From: Burkholderiales bacterium
GTDB lineage: Bacteria > Pseudomonadota > Gammaproteobacteria > Burkholderiales > SG8-41
DNA length: 64,000 nucleotides
Assembly (NCBI GenBank): GCA_043743335.1
Contig: JAYTWR010000199.1
Span: 2,303 to 66,302, forward strand
Reading direction: 5' to 3'
The position numbers were made by a program, and so were the translations under genes. Shown here piece by piece: positions 38,523 to 46,933 of the stretch (position 1 is its first letter; every line of letters begins with the position of its first letter). The notes under the pieces were generated by a model. It saw only the letters and a program-made list of their open reading frames with translations, had not been told where the DNA came from and searched no databases.

Positions 38523-41060
38523 ATGTCTAACAAAGAAGCCACCGCTCGCATCAAAATCAACAAGCTGCTTGAAACAGCGGGCTGGCGTTTTTTTGTTGAC
38601 GGCAACCAAGCCGCGAACATTCGCCTTGAGCCCAGCATTACGATCAAGACAACCGATCTGGATGCGCTGGGCGAAAACTTCGAGAAAACCAGCAAGGGGT
38701 TCATCGACTTTCTGCTGCTCGACACCAAGGGGTTTCCTCTTATCGTGCTCGAAGCCAAGTCCGAGGATAAAAACCCGCTGACCGGCAAGGAACAGGCACG
38801 CCGCTATGCCAAATCGCAGAACTGTCGCTTTGTCATGCTTTCAAACGGCAACCTGCACTACTTCTGGGATTTGGCGCGTGGCAACCCGTACATCGTCACT
38901 ACGTTTCCAACGCCGGATTCGGTCATCGGCTACCAAAAATCCATACCTAATCCGCAGCGTCTCACAGACGAGAAAGTCAAAGACGACTATATCGTCCGCA
39001 CGCAACGGCCAAATTACCAGTCCGAGGCTGCGTGGCAAATTGAAGCCGAGCGCGCCGATTACATACAAACCAACAAGTTGCGTTTTCTGCGGCCTTACCA
39101 ATTGCGGGCCATACAGGCGCTGCAATGGGCGGTGAAAGACGGCAAGGACCGTTTTCTGTTCGAGATGGCCACCGGTACCGGCAAAACATTGACTGCTGCC
39201 GCCGTCATTAAGCTGTTCCTGCGCTCGGGCAATGCCTCGCGTGTGTTGTTTCTGGTGGATCGCCTTGAACTCGAAGACCAGGCCTGGAAGGCATTTGCTG
39301 CTGTGTTGTCGGCGGACTTCAAATCGGTGATTTACAAAGAGAGCCGTGACGAGTGGCGGCACGCGGAGATTGTCGTTACCACCGTTCAGTCGCTGCTGTT
39401 CAACAACAAATACCAGCGGCTGTTTTCGCCCACCGACTTTGATCTAGTGATTTCCGATGAAGCGCACCGCTCCATCGGCGGCAACGCGCGCGCCGTGTTT
39501 GATTATTTTGTCGGCTACAAGCTCGGCCTGACGGCAACCCCGCGCGATTATCTCAAGCGCTTTGACCAGAAAAAGCGCACCACGCGTGATCCGCGTGAAG
39601 CCGAGCGCCGCCTGTTGCTCGACACCTACCGCACCTTCGGCTGCGAAAACAGCCTGCCCACATTTCGCTATTCGTTGCTGGATGGCGTCAAAGACGGCTA
39701 CCTGATCAACCCTACCGTGGTCGATGCGCGTACCGACATCACTACCGACCTGTTGTCTGAAGAAGGTTTTGTCGTCAACTACACCGACGACCGGGGCGAC
39801 GATCAAGAAGAAGCCTACAAACAGACAGAATTCGAGAAACGCTTTTTCTCGGATGCAACTAACCAATTGTTTTGTAAGACATTTTTGGAAAATGCCCTGC
39901 GCGATCCCGTCAGCGGCGAAATCGGCAAATCCATCGTCTTCGCCGTCAGCCAGCATCACGCCGCCAAACTCGCGCAAATCCTGAATGAAATGGCCGACCG
40001 CATGTACCCGGGCAAGTATCAGTCCGATTTCGCGGTGCAGGTGACCTCACAAATCCCCGGCGCGCAGCAGTACACGCTTAATTTCTCCAACAACAATCTG
40101 CTCGGATCGGCCAATTTTCTGCTGGCATACAAGACCAGCAAGGCGCGCGTCTGCGTCACTGTGGGTATGATGACCACCGGCTACGACTGCCCCGATATTC
40201 TCAACCTTGGCATGTTCCGGCCAATCTTCTCGCCGACCGACTTTATCCAGATCAAAGGGCGCGGCACGCGCAAGCACGACTTTCGTGAGCAATTGCTGGA
40301 TGCTGACCTTAAAACCGAGGTTGCCCAGCCGGACAAGACCGCATACAAGCTGTTCGACTTCTTCGCCAACTGCGAATTTTTCGAAGAGGAATTCAATTAC
40401 GACAAAGTGCTGAAATTGCCCAAACCCAAGGGTAAGGGAGGTGGTGGCGGCATCGTTGATCCGCCGATTGTATATGACACCTATGAACACTTCGGCGGCG
40501 ACATTGTCGCCTCCATGCGCGTGGAGCAAATCAGCGCCGACGGCATGCGTATCGACCGCATGTTCTTCGAGCACTTCGAGGATACCGTGCGCGACAACGC
40601 CGAAATCGCCAAAGCCGTCGAAGCCGGCCAGTGGGATCAGGTGATCGATTACGTCAACCGGGAGGTGTTTGACAAGCCCGACGAGTATTACAACCTCGAA
40701 AAGCTGCGCAAGGCCGCTGCGGTGGACCGCCGGCTGACGCTGCGCGAAATCCTCGAAAAGATCTTCGGCCTGATCCCGCGCTTCAAATCCAAGGATGAAT
40801 TGCTAGAAGAAGAATTCTCAAAATTTGTAGCCGACTACAAACCTAACGAAGCCGAAGCGATTCCCGCGATCCGAACCTTCTTCAAGGCCTACGTCACCAG
40901 CGGCCGCGTGCGCGACATCATCGACAGCAAAGACTTTACCGATCTCGCCACCAACCCGTACTTTCACACGCGCGACTACCGCGCCGTGCCAACCAAATAC
41001 CGCAACCTCATTCCCGAATACATCAAGGACTACGTGTCCCTGAATCAGTTTGCTCCCTAG
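38523..41060 (+). CDS. hsdR: Type I restriction enzyme R subunit (EcoAI-like architecture)
   Basis: PD-(D/E)xK-like IDFLL...VLEAKS, Walker A MATGTGKT, DEAHRS, GLTATP and QIKGRGTR motifs. Confidence 0.9.
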   Translation: MSNKEATARIKINKLLETAGWRFFVDGNQAANIRLEPSITIKTTDLDALGENFEKTSKGFIDFLLLDTKGFPLIVLEAKSEDKNPLTGKEQARRYAKSQNCRFVMLSNGNLHYFWDLARGNPYIVTTFPTPDSVIGYQKSIPNPQRLTDEKVKDDYIVRTQRPNYQSEAAWQIEAERADYIQTNKLRFLRPYQLRAIQALQWAVKDGKDRFLFEMATGTGKTLTAAAVIKLFLRSGNASRVLFLVDRLELEDQAWKAFAAVLSADFKSVIYKESRDEWRHAEIVVTTVQSLLFNNKYQRLFSPTDFDLVISDEAHRSIGGNARAVFDYFVGYKLGLTATPRDYLKRFDQKKRTTRDPREAERRLLLDTYRTFGCENSLPTFRYSLLDGVKDGYLINPTVVDARTDITTDLLSEEGFVVNYTDDRGDDQEEAYKQTEFEKRFFSDATNQLFCKTFLENALRDPVSGEIGKSIVFAVSQHHAAKLAQILNEMADRMYPGKYQSDFAVQVTSQIPGAQQYTLNFSNNNLLGSANFLLAYKTSKARVCVTVGMMTTGYDCPDILNLGMFRPIFSPTDFIQIKGRGTRKHDFREQLLDADLKTEVAQPDKTAYKLFDFFANCEFFEEEFNYDKVLKLPKPKGKGGGGGIVDPPIVYDTYEHFGGDIVASMRVEQISADGMRIDRMFFEHFEDTVRDNAEIAKAVEAGQWDQVIDYVNREVFDKPDEYYNLEKLRKAAAVDRRLTLREILEKIFGLIPRFKSKDELLEEEFSKFVADYKPNEAEAIPAIRTFFKAYVTSGRVRDIIDSKDFTDLATNPYFHTRDYRAVPTKYRNLIPEYIKDYVSLNQFAP

Positions 41061-41066
41061 GACACC

Positions 41067-42572
41067 ATGCTTGATACCGTCACCAAACGCCGCATCGACA
41101 CCGCCCGCGATATTCTCGTCGGCAAAGTGCCCGACCCCAAATCGCAGGTGGAGCAGATTACGATCGCGCTGATCTACAAATTCATGGACGACATGGACGC
41201 CGAGGCCGAAGAACTCGGCGGCAAACGCAAATTCTTCACGAATGAATTTGCGCGTTACGGCTGGGCCAAATTGATGAGCCCCAGCCTTGGCGGCCACGAA
41301 ATGCTCGGCCTCTATGGCGAAGGCATCGCGAAAATGCCGGAGAACCCGGGCATCCCGCCGTTGTTCCGCGACATCTTCAAAAACGCCTACCTGCCGTACC
41401 GTGACCCGGAAACGCTCAAGGCCTTTCTCAAGATCATTAACGAATTCACCTACGACCATTCCGAGCGGCTGGGCGACGCCTTTGAATACCTGCTCTCCGT
41501 GCTGGGCAGTCAGGGCGATGCCGGGCAGTTCCGCACGCCGCGCCACATCATTGATTTTATGGTGAAAATTGTCGATCCGAAAAAGGGCGATGTAGTGCTC
41601 GACCCGGCCTGCGGCACGGCGGGCTTCCTGATCTCCGCGTACAAACACATCCTCAAAGCCAACAGCACTTCTCCCCTCGCCCTCCGGGACAAGGGAACAC
41701 TTGAAGCGAAGCAGAGGGGCGGGGGTGAGGGAAACGGAGTGAGATCAGGCGACTTGCTAACCCCCGACGACAAAGGCCGCCTCGCGCAAAACTTCAAGGG
41801 CTACGACATCTCGCCCGACATGGTGCGCCTGTCGCTGGTGAACTTGTATCTGCACGGTTTTACCGATCCGCACATCGTCGAATACGACACCCTCACCTCA
41901 GAAGAGCGGTGGAACGAAACCGCCGATGTAATCCTCGCCAATCCGCCGTTTATGTCGCCCAAAGGCGGTATCAAACCGCACAAACGTTTTTCGATCCAGG
42001 CCAAGCGCAGCGAAGTGCTGTTCGTCGATTACATGGCCGAGCACCTCACTCCCAACGGCCGCGCTGGCATCATCGTGCCCGAAGGCATCATCTTCAATAA
42101 CAATAGCGCCTACACGCAACTGCGCAAAATGCTGGTGGAAAACAGCCTTGTTGCCGTGGTGTCGCTGCCAGCAGGCGTTTTCAACCCCTACTCCCCAGTC
42201 AAAACGTCGATTCTGATTCTCGACAAAGCGCTGGCCAAACAGGCGCAGACTATCGCGTTTTTCAAGATTGAGAACGACGGATTCGGCCTTGGTGCGCAGC
42301 GGCGGGCGATTGAGAAGAATGATTTGCCAGCAGTGCAGGCGGAACTCGATGCCTATTTGCAAACGTTGCGCAGCGACCGACCTTTAGAACCCTCTCCCTC
42401 CGGGAGAGGGCAGGGTGAGGGAGAGCAGTTGAGCTGCGGCCTGATCGTGTCAAAAGAGAAGATCGCGGCGAATGGGGATTACAACCTGAGCGGGGAGCGG
42501 TATGGTGATCAGCCTCGCCTACTTCAAGCAGAGTGGCCGATTGTTCGCTCGGAGAAATTTCCACGTTTATGA
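41067..42572 (+). CDS. hsdM: Type I N6-adenine methyltransferase; probably the 5' part of a frameshifted M-S fusion
   Basis: GQFRTPRHII, DPACGTAGFL, NPPF, IIVPEG and YNLSGERY motifs. Confidence 0.9.
   Translation: MLDTVTKRRIDTARDILVGKVPDPKSQVEQITIALIYKFMDDMDAEAEELGGKRKFFTNEFARYGWAKLMSPSLGGHEMLGLYGEGIAKMPENPGIPPLFRDIFKNAYLPYRDPETLKAFLKIINEFTYDHSERLGDAFEYLLSVLGSQGDAGQFRTPRHIIDFMVKIVDPKKGDVVLDPACGTAGFLISAYKHILKANSTSPLALRDKGTLEAKQRGGGEGNGVRSGDLLTPDDKGRLAQNFKGYDISPDMVRLSLVNLYLHGFTDPHIVEYDTLTSEERWNETADVILANPPFMSPKGGIKPHKRFSIQAKRSEVLFVDYMAEHLTPNGRAGIIVPEGIIFNNNSAYTQLRKMLVENSLVAVVSLPAGVFNPYSPVKTSILILDKALAKQAQTIAFFKIENDGFGLGAQRRAIEKNDLPAVQAELDAYLQTLRSDRPLEPSPSGRGQGEGEQLSCGLIVSKEKIAANGDYNLSGERYGDQPRLLQAEWPIVRSEKFPRL
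41671..41731. repeat. REP-like CCCCTC...GAGGGG palindromic element inside hsdM, copy 1
   Basis: CTCCCCTCGCCCTCCGGGA...GAGGGGCGGGGGTGAGGG, read in frame as SPLALRDKGTLEAKQRGGGEG. Confidence 0.65.
42390..42421. repeat. REP-like palindromic element inside hsdM, copy 2
   Basis: CCCTCTCCC-TCC-GGGAGAGGG-CAGGGTGAGGG, read in frame as PSPSGRGQGEG. Confidence 0.75.
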
Positions 42573-43717
42573 CTGGCGGGACGCCCACTTCAACGGTAGC
42601 GGAGTATTACGAAAACGGAACTGTACCGTGGTTGGTGTCAGGTGATATTCACGGATTTGAGATTTGGAACTGCGATAAACGTATTACTCAGAAGGCAGTA
42701 GATAACTCAAATGCCCGAGTCCTGCCAAAAAACAGCGTCTTGATTGCACTGAATGGGCAAGGAAAAACTCGCGGGACGGTTGCATTGCTACGAATGGAAG
42801 GGGCTACCTGCAATCAATCGCTAGTCGCGATTACGCCGTTACAGCCGATACGTGCCCTCGCGGAATTTATCTTTCTGGTGTTGCGTTCAATGTATGCCGA
42901 CATCCGCGCGTTAACGGGGGATACTGAACGAAGCGGCCTGAACATGCCGATCTTGAGGGGCATTCAAATCCCGCTGCCACCACTGGATGTGCAGAAGGAA
43001 ATCGTGGCGGAGATCGAGGGTTACCAGAAAGTCATCAACGGCGCCCGCGCCGTCCTCGATAACTACCGCCCCCACATTCCCATCCACCCGGACTGGCCGA
43101 TGGCAGCCGTTGCCGAAGTGAGCCTAGTTAATCCGAAAAAATCGGAAGTAGCTGATCTTGATACTGCAACGGTCGTTTCATTCGTTCCGATGGCGGATGT
43201 TGGTGAGAACGCTATGTACTTTGAGCCGCAAGGCACGAAGCGTTTGGATGAAGTTACTACAAGCTACACATATTTCAAAGATGGCGACGTTCTGATTGCC
43301 AAGGTTACTCCGTGCTTTGAAAACGGTAAGGCTGGCATCGCTCGGGGTTTGCATAACGGCGTCGGGTTTGGATCAAGCGAGTTCTATGTTCTTAGACCTA
43401 CAGCTACCGTGTTGGCTGAGTGGCTGTTCATATGTGTGACAACCCCGACCTTCCGCGCATTTGCGACTGCGCAGATGACAGGAACGGGCGGATTACAGCG
43501 GGTTCCACGAGCGGTTGTAGAGAATTATCGAATTCCGTTGCCGCCGTTAGATATGCAACAACAAATCGTCGCCGAAATCGAAGTCGAGCAGCGGCTGGTC
43601 GCCGCCAACCGCGAACTGATTGCCCGCTTCGAGAAAAAAATTCAGGCCACGCTGGCGCGTGTGTGGGGTGAGAACGCATTAACCATGCCCGCGCAACCAC
43701 TGGATGCTGCCGCATAG
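42533..43717 (+). CDS. hsdS: Type I specificity subunit with two TRDs; -1 frame relative to hsdM
   Basis: LGEI...GGTP start of TRD1, two IPLPPLDxQ.xIVAEIE conserved regions, KVTPCFENGK in TRD2. Confidence 0.88.
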   Translation: MADCSLGEISTFMTGGTPTSTVAEYYENGTVPWLVSGDIHGFEIWNCDKRITQKAVDNSNARVLPKNSVLIALNGQGKTRGTVALLRMEGATCNQSLVAITPLQPIRALAEFIFLVLRSMYADIRALTGDTERSGLNMPILRGIQIPLPPLDVQKEIVAEIEGYQKVINGARAVLDNYRPHIPIHPDWPMAAVAEVSLVNPKKSEVADLDTATVVSFVPMADVGENAMYFEPQGTKRLDEVTTSYTYFKDGDVLIAKVTPCFENGKAGIARGLHNGVGFGSSEFYVLRPTATVLAEWLFICVTTPTFRAFATAQMTGTGGLQRVPRAVVENYRIPLPPLDMQQQIVAEIEVEQRLVAANRELIARFEKKIQATLARVWGENALTMPAQPLDAAA

Positions 43718-43782
43718 TTAAATTATTCAATAAAAACAGATAGTTACAATAAGGCTCCGCTGCTTGCGGGCTACTGCCCGCC

Positions 43783-44280
43783 TTATTTCTTGTGCTGGCG
43801 CAGTTGGCGTTCCACTTCGTCCCAAGGCAGGCGCCTGCCCGCCGCCTTCATTTTTGCGTAAGCGGTCTCGGCCTGTTTGACCGTCAATAACTTTCCGTCG
43901 ATCAGTTGCCCAATGAGCCACAAGGTGCCATGTACAGTGATTTTTTCGGCCTTTGCAACAAGGCGCAATTTTGCGTCGCCGGTGAGCAGGGTGGTTTTCT
44001 CCTGCCACGCGAGCGCGAGCGCCAGCAGATCGTTGATGCTGGCGCCGCTGGTTGCGTGCTTCTCGATCAGCGAGCCTGCGTGCACAACGGTTGCCGGCGA
44101 CAATTCGATACACTTCAAACCCAGCGCCGTCAGGTCGGAATGGGCAGCGCGCAACTCTTCTTCGTAGAGGGTGTCCGGCACGGCAAAGGTCACGTTCAGA
44201 CGGAACATCGGGTGAACGATGCCGCCGGTTTCCATATCGATCAGAATGTTGGCATCACTGATCAGCAGCCGTTGCGTCAC
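43783..44280 (-). CDS. PIN-domain protein (putative RNase toxin)
   Basis: ISDANILID, SINDLLALALA, LLTGDAKLR and VHGTLWL motifs; overlaps the upstream peptidase gene. Confidence 0.85.
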   Translation of the reverse strand: MTQRLLISDANILIDMETGGIVHPMFRLNVTFAVPDTLYEEELRAAHSDLTALGLKCIELSPATVVHAGSLIEKHATSGASINDLLALALAWQEKTTLLTGDAKLRLVAKAEKITVHGTLWLIGQLIDGKLLTVKQAETAYAKMKAAGRRLPWDEVERQLRQHKK

Positions 44281-45319
44281 TTTGCATGTTCCGTTCTTTT
44301 TGGAATTGTGTGAGCGGCTTGCGCAGTAATTCAGCGGCCTTGGATTCGCTGATCAAATCTTGCCCGAGCGCGCGATACACCAGTTGTGCGAAGAGTTGAG
44401 GCTTTTCCTTGGGATAGGCATCGCCGGGTTCAACCTTGGTCCAACGTCGCACGGCGAAGTACTTGCGCATGGCGATGTAACGATGTTCCGACAGAATGCC
44501 GAGATCCTTGGCGCGGTGCATCCAGCCTTGCATGCTTAGTCCGTAGGCGTGCTTCAGTGCTGCCAATTCCTGCGGTTCGAGCCAGTCACGCCGTTCGCCG
44601 AGTTCCTTGCGAACCTCGGATCGGGGTACCAGAAACGCACCGGCAAAACGATTGGACGCCGCTTCAATGGCAATGTTGTCGCCCAACCGGCCCTGCAACA
44701 CGAGGTGGCCCAACTCGTGCGCCAAGGTGAATCGCTGACGGTCGCCGGGCGCCTGCGCGCTGACCGCGACAATGGGAGTGCCGTCTACCTTGCAGGCCAG
44801 ACCGTCGAAATTTCCGGGGATGGCATCGGACTGAATGACTTTGATCCCGCGTTCTTCGAGCATGTCGATGACAACAGGAATGGGGTCTACGCCAAGGTTC
44901 CATGCGGTGCGCAGTTTCAGCGCCATGTCCTCGATCTGATCGAAGGACGCTACGTGCTTCGGCAGGCTGGCCGGCAATTTGAATGTCTCGACCGGGCCGT
45001 TGGGCAGAAATTGTTCCAGTTCGATGAAACGTTCAAGTTGTTCGATCGCATCGCCCTTGATCTGGTCGAGCGTTTTGCCGCGAAGTTTTGAATGCTTGCG
45101 GTAATTCACGTCCCGCAGTTCGACTTTCACCGGGCGAAAAAAATACTCTGTGCGTACGCCCAAGGCCTTCGCCAGCCCGAGCAGCACACTGGACGAGGGT
45201 ATGGATTTGCCGGTCTCGTACTTTGAGATTGCCATGGCGGTTACCTCAACGCGTTCCGCGAGCGCGCGCAGGGAAAGGCCGACTGCGGTTCGTGCCTGTT
45301 TGATCCGATCTCCGATCAT
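44255..45319 (-). CDS. Xre HTH fused to ImmA/IrrE (M78) metallopeptidase
   Basis: IKQARTAVGLSLRALAERVEVTAMAISKYETG HTH; RQRFTLAHELGH (HExxH) and EAASNRFAGAFLVP; ATG 45319 after GGTGAAGG. Confidence 0.93.
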   Translation of the reverse strand: MIGDRIKQARTAVGLSLRALAERVEVTAMAISKYETGKSIPSSSVLLGLAKALGVRTEYFFRPVKVELRDVNYRKHSKLRGKTLDQIKGDAIEQLERFIELEQFLPNGPVETFKLPASLPKHVASFDQIEDMALKLRTAWNLGVDPIPVVIDMLEERGIKVIQSDAIPGNFDGLACKVDGTPIVAVSAQAPGDRQRFTLAHELGHLVLQGRLGDNIAIEAASNRFAGAFLVPRSEVRKELGERRDWLEPQELAALKHAYGLSMQGWMHRAKDLGILSEHRYIAMRKYFAVRRWTKVEPGDAYPKEKPQLFAQLVYRALGQDLISESKAAELLRKPLTQFQKERNMQSDATAADQ

Positions 45320-45329
45320 GCCTTCACCG

Positions 45330-45370
45330 TAGTTTACAAAATTGACTATTTTCATATTTTTTGTAAACTA
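45330..45370. promoter_or_regulatory. Perfect 12-bp inverted repeat; probable operator
   Basis: TAGTTTACAAAA-17 bp-TTTTGTAAACTA between divergent genes. Confidence 0.7.
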
Positions 45371-45432
45371 TCCTCTCTGCACGGAAGAAAGTCAATTAAA
45401 TATTTTATATCAATAGGTTAGGAGTTTATCTT

Positions 45433-45606
45433 ATGGCTAAAAACCCTCCCGCAGGAGACAATCACCGCATTGGTGCCGTACGCGACCGCTCGCAGGTATT
45501 CAACCCACACAACCAACGATGGGTCAAGCGCAATGACGATACGGGACGATTTATGGATCAGAAAGCCAACACCGAGCCGTTCAAGGGTGTGCGACGCGAA
45601 AAATAG
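45433..45606 (+). CDS. Small 57-aa basic protein (absent from ORF track)
   Basis: AGGAG SD, then ATG; MAKNPPAGDNHRIGAVRDRSQVFNPHNQRWVKRNDDTGRFMDQKANTEPFKGVRREK; TAG at 45604-45606. Confidence 0.8.
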   Translation: MAKNPPAGDNHRIGAVRDRSQVFNPHNQRWVKRNDDTGRFMDQKANTEPFKGVRREK

Positions 45607-45779
45607 ACGTGCCGGCGAATCGTTAGATGCAGTGTGACTTCTTCGCGCGGAGAATCGCGCGGGTGGCATCGGCGTTGGAATAAGGTGAACAGGTTCAGGA
45701 TATCGACTGCCTGGCTTCCGATAGCCGTTGTACGAGCGGGCTATGATAGCCACCCAAAATGATTTGATACTGGCTTCCG

Positions 45780-46853
45780 ATGATCCGACTGATGCAAGGC
45801 GATCTGCTCAAACAGGACGATGTTGACGCCATCGTCAACACGGTCAATTGCGTAGGCGTGATGGGTAAGGGTATAGCGCTACAGTTCAAAAACAAGTGGC
45901 CTGCCAACAATCAAGTCTACGAGTTGGCGTGCAAAGCCGGGCAGGTGAAGCTCGGCCACATGTTTGTGTTTGACTCGGGCGGTTTGGTAAAGCCCAATTT
46001 CATCATCAATTTCCCGACCAAGGGACATTGGCGTACCAAGTCCGACATTAAGTCGATTCAGGATGGGTTGGCAGATTTGGTGAAACAGGTGAAGCGGTTG
46101 AAAATTAAATCCCTTGCAATTCCCCCACTGGGTTGTGGCAATGGCGGATTGGACTGGGACGACGTGCGGCCCTTGATCGCGGATGCGTTTGCACAACTGC
46201 CGGATATAGAAGTCCGGTTGTTTGAGCCTGTGGGCGCGCCTGCCGCCAAAACCATGGAAGTGCGTACGCCGAAGCCGAAAATGACGCCAGGGCGCGCCGC
46301 GATCCTCAGGGTGCTGGATACCTACCGCGCTTTAGGATACGGGCTATCGAAGATTGAGGTGCAGAAGCTTGCGTATTTTTTGCAGGAAGCAGGACAAAAA
46401 TTAAAGCTGACTTTTGTTGCACACGAATACGGCCCTTATTCCGATCAACTGCGCCACGTGCTTAACAAGATGGAAGGGCACTATATTCGTGGTGTCGGCG
46501 ACGGGGTGGTGGATGCCGAAATAGAGCCGGTGCCTGACGCGCTAACCGAAGCAGATGCGTTTTTGATGCGTGATGACGAAGGCCCAAGTCTGAATCGACG
46601 CGTTGCGAAAGTGGAGCAATTGATAGACGGTTTTCAATCGCCCTATGGCATGGAATTGCTGGCCACGGTTTACTGGGTCACGCAAAACCCGCCTTATGCC
46701 AAAACCCATACCGAGGCGCTGCAAGCAGTGCATCGCTGGAATGAGCGCAAGCGCGAACTGATGCAAGCGGTACACGTCGAGACCGCATGGAATCGCTTGC
46801 GCGAGGAGGGGTGGATATCCGAGCCTGACCTTAAGGCTGCCGCCAGCCATTGA
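45780..46853 (+). CDS. darG: DarG-type macrodomain antitoxin (DNA ADP-ribosyl glycohydrolase)
   Basis: GDLL..VDAIVNTVNCVGVMGKGIALQFK, INFPTKGHW, PPLGCGNGGLDW; C-terminal EVQKLAYFLQ...YGPYS...GMELLATV. Confidence 0.85.
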   Translation: MIRLMQGDLLKQDDVDAIVNTVNCVGVMGKGIALQFKNKWPANNQVYELACKAGQVKLGHMFVFDSGGLVKPNFIINFPTKGHWRTKSDIKSIQDGLADLVKQVKRLKIKSLAIPPLGCGNGGLDWDDVRPLIADAFAQLPDIEVRLFEPVGAPAAKTMEVRTPKPKMTPGRAAILRVLDTYRALGYGLSKIEVQKLAYFLQEAGQKLKLTFVAHEYGPYSDQLRHVLNKMEGHYIRGVGDGVVDAEIEPVPDALTEADAFLMRDDEGPSLNRRVAKVEQLIDGFQSPYGMELLATVYWVTQNPPYAKTHTEALQAVHRWNERKRELMQAVHVETAWNRLREEGWISEPDLKAAASH

Positions 46854-46933
46854 TTTGTTGCGGCCAGTAGCGCGCGGCGCGCGGCGGGTTATGATTCTGA
46901 GCCATAGATTCTGTCACCAGAAATGGTTTTCAA

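Noticed and set aside
45452..45600. Reading this stretch as decayed darT
   Set aside because: It is better explained by the intact 57-aa ORF at 45433-45606 with a strong SD
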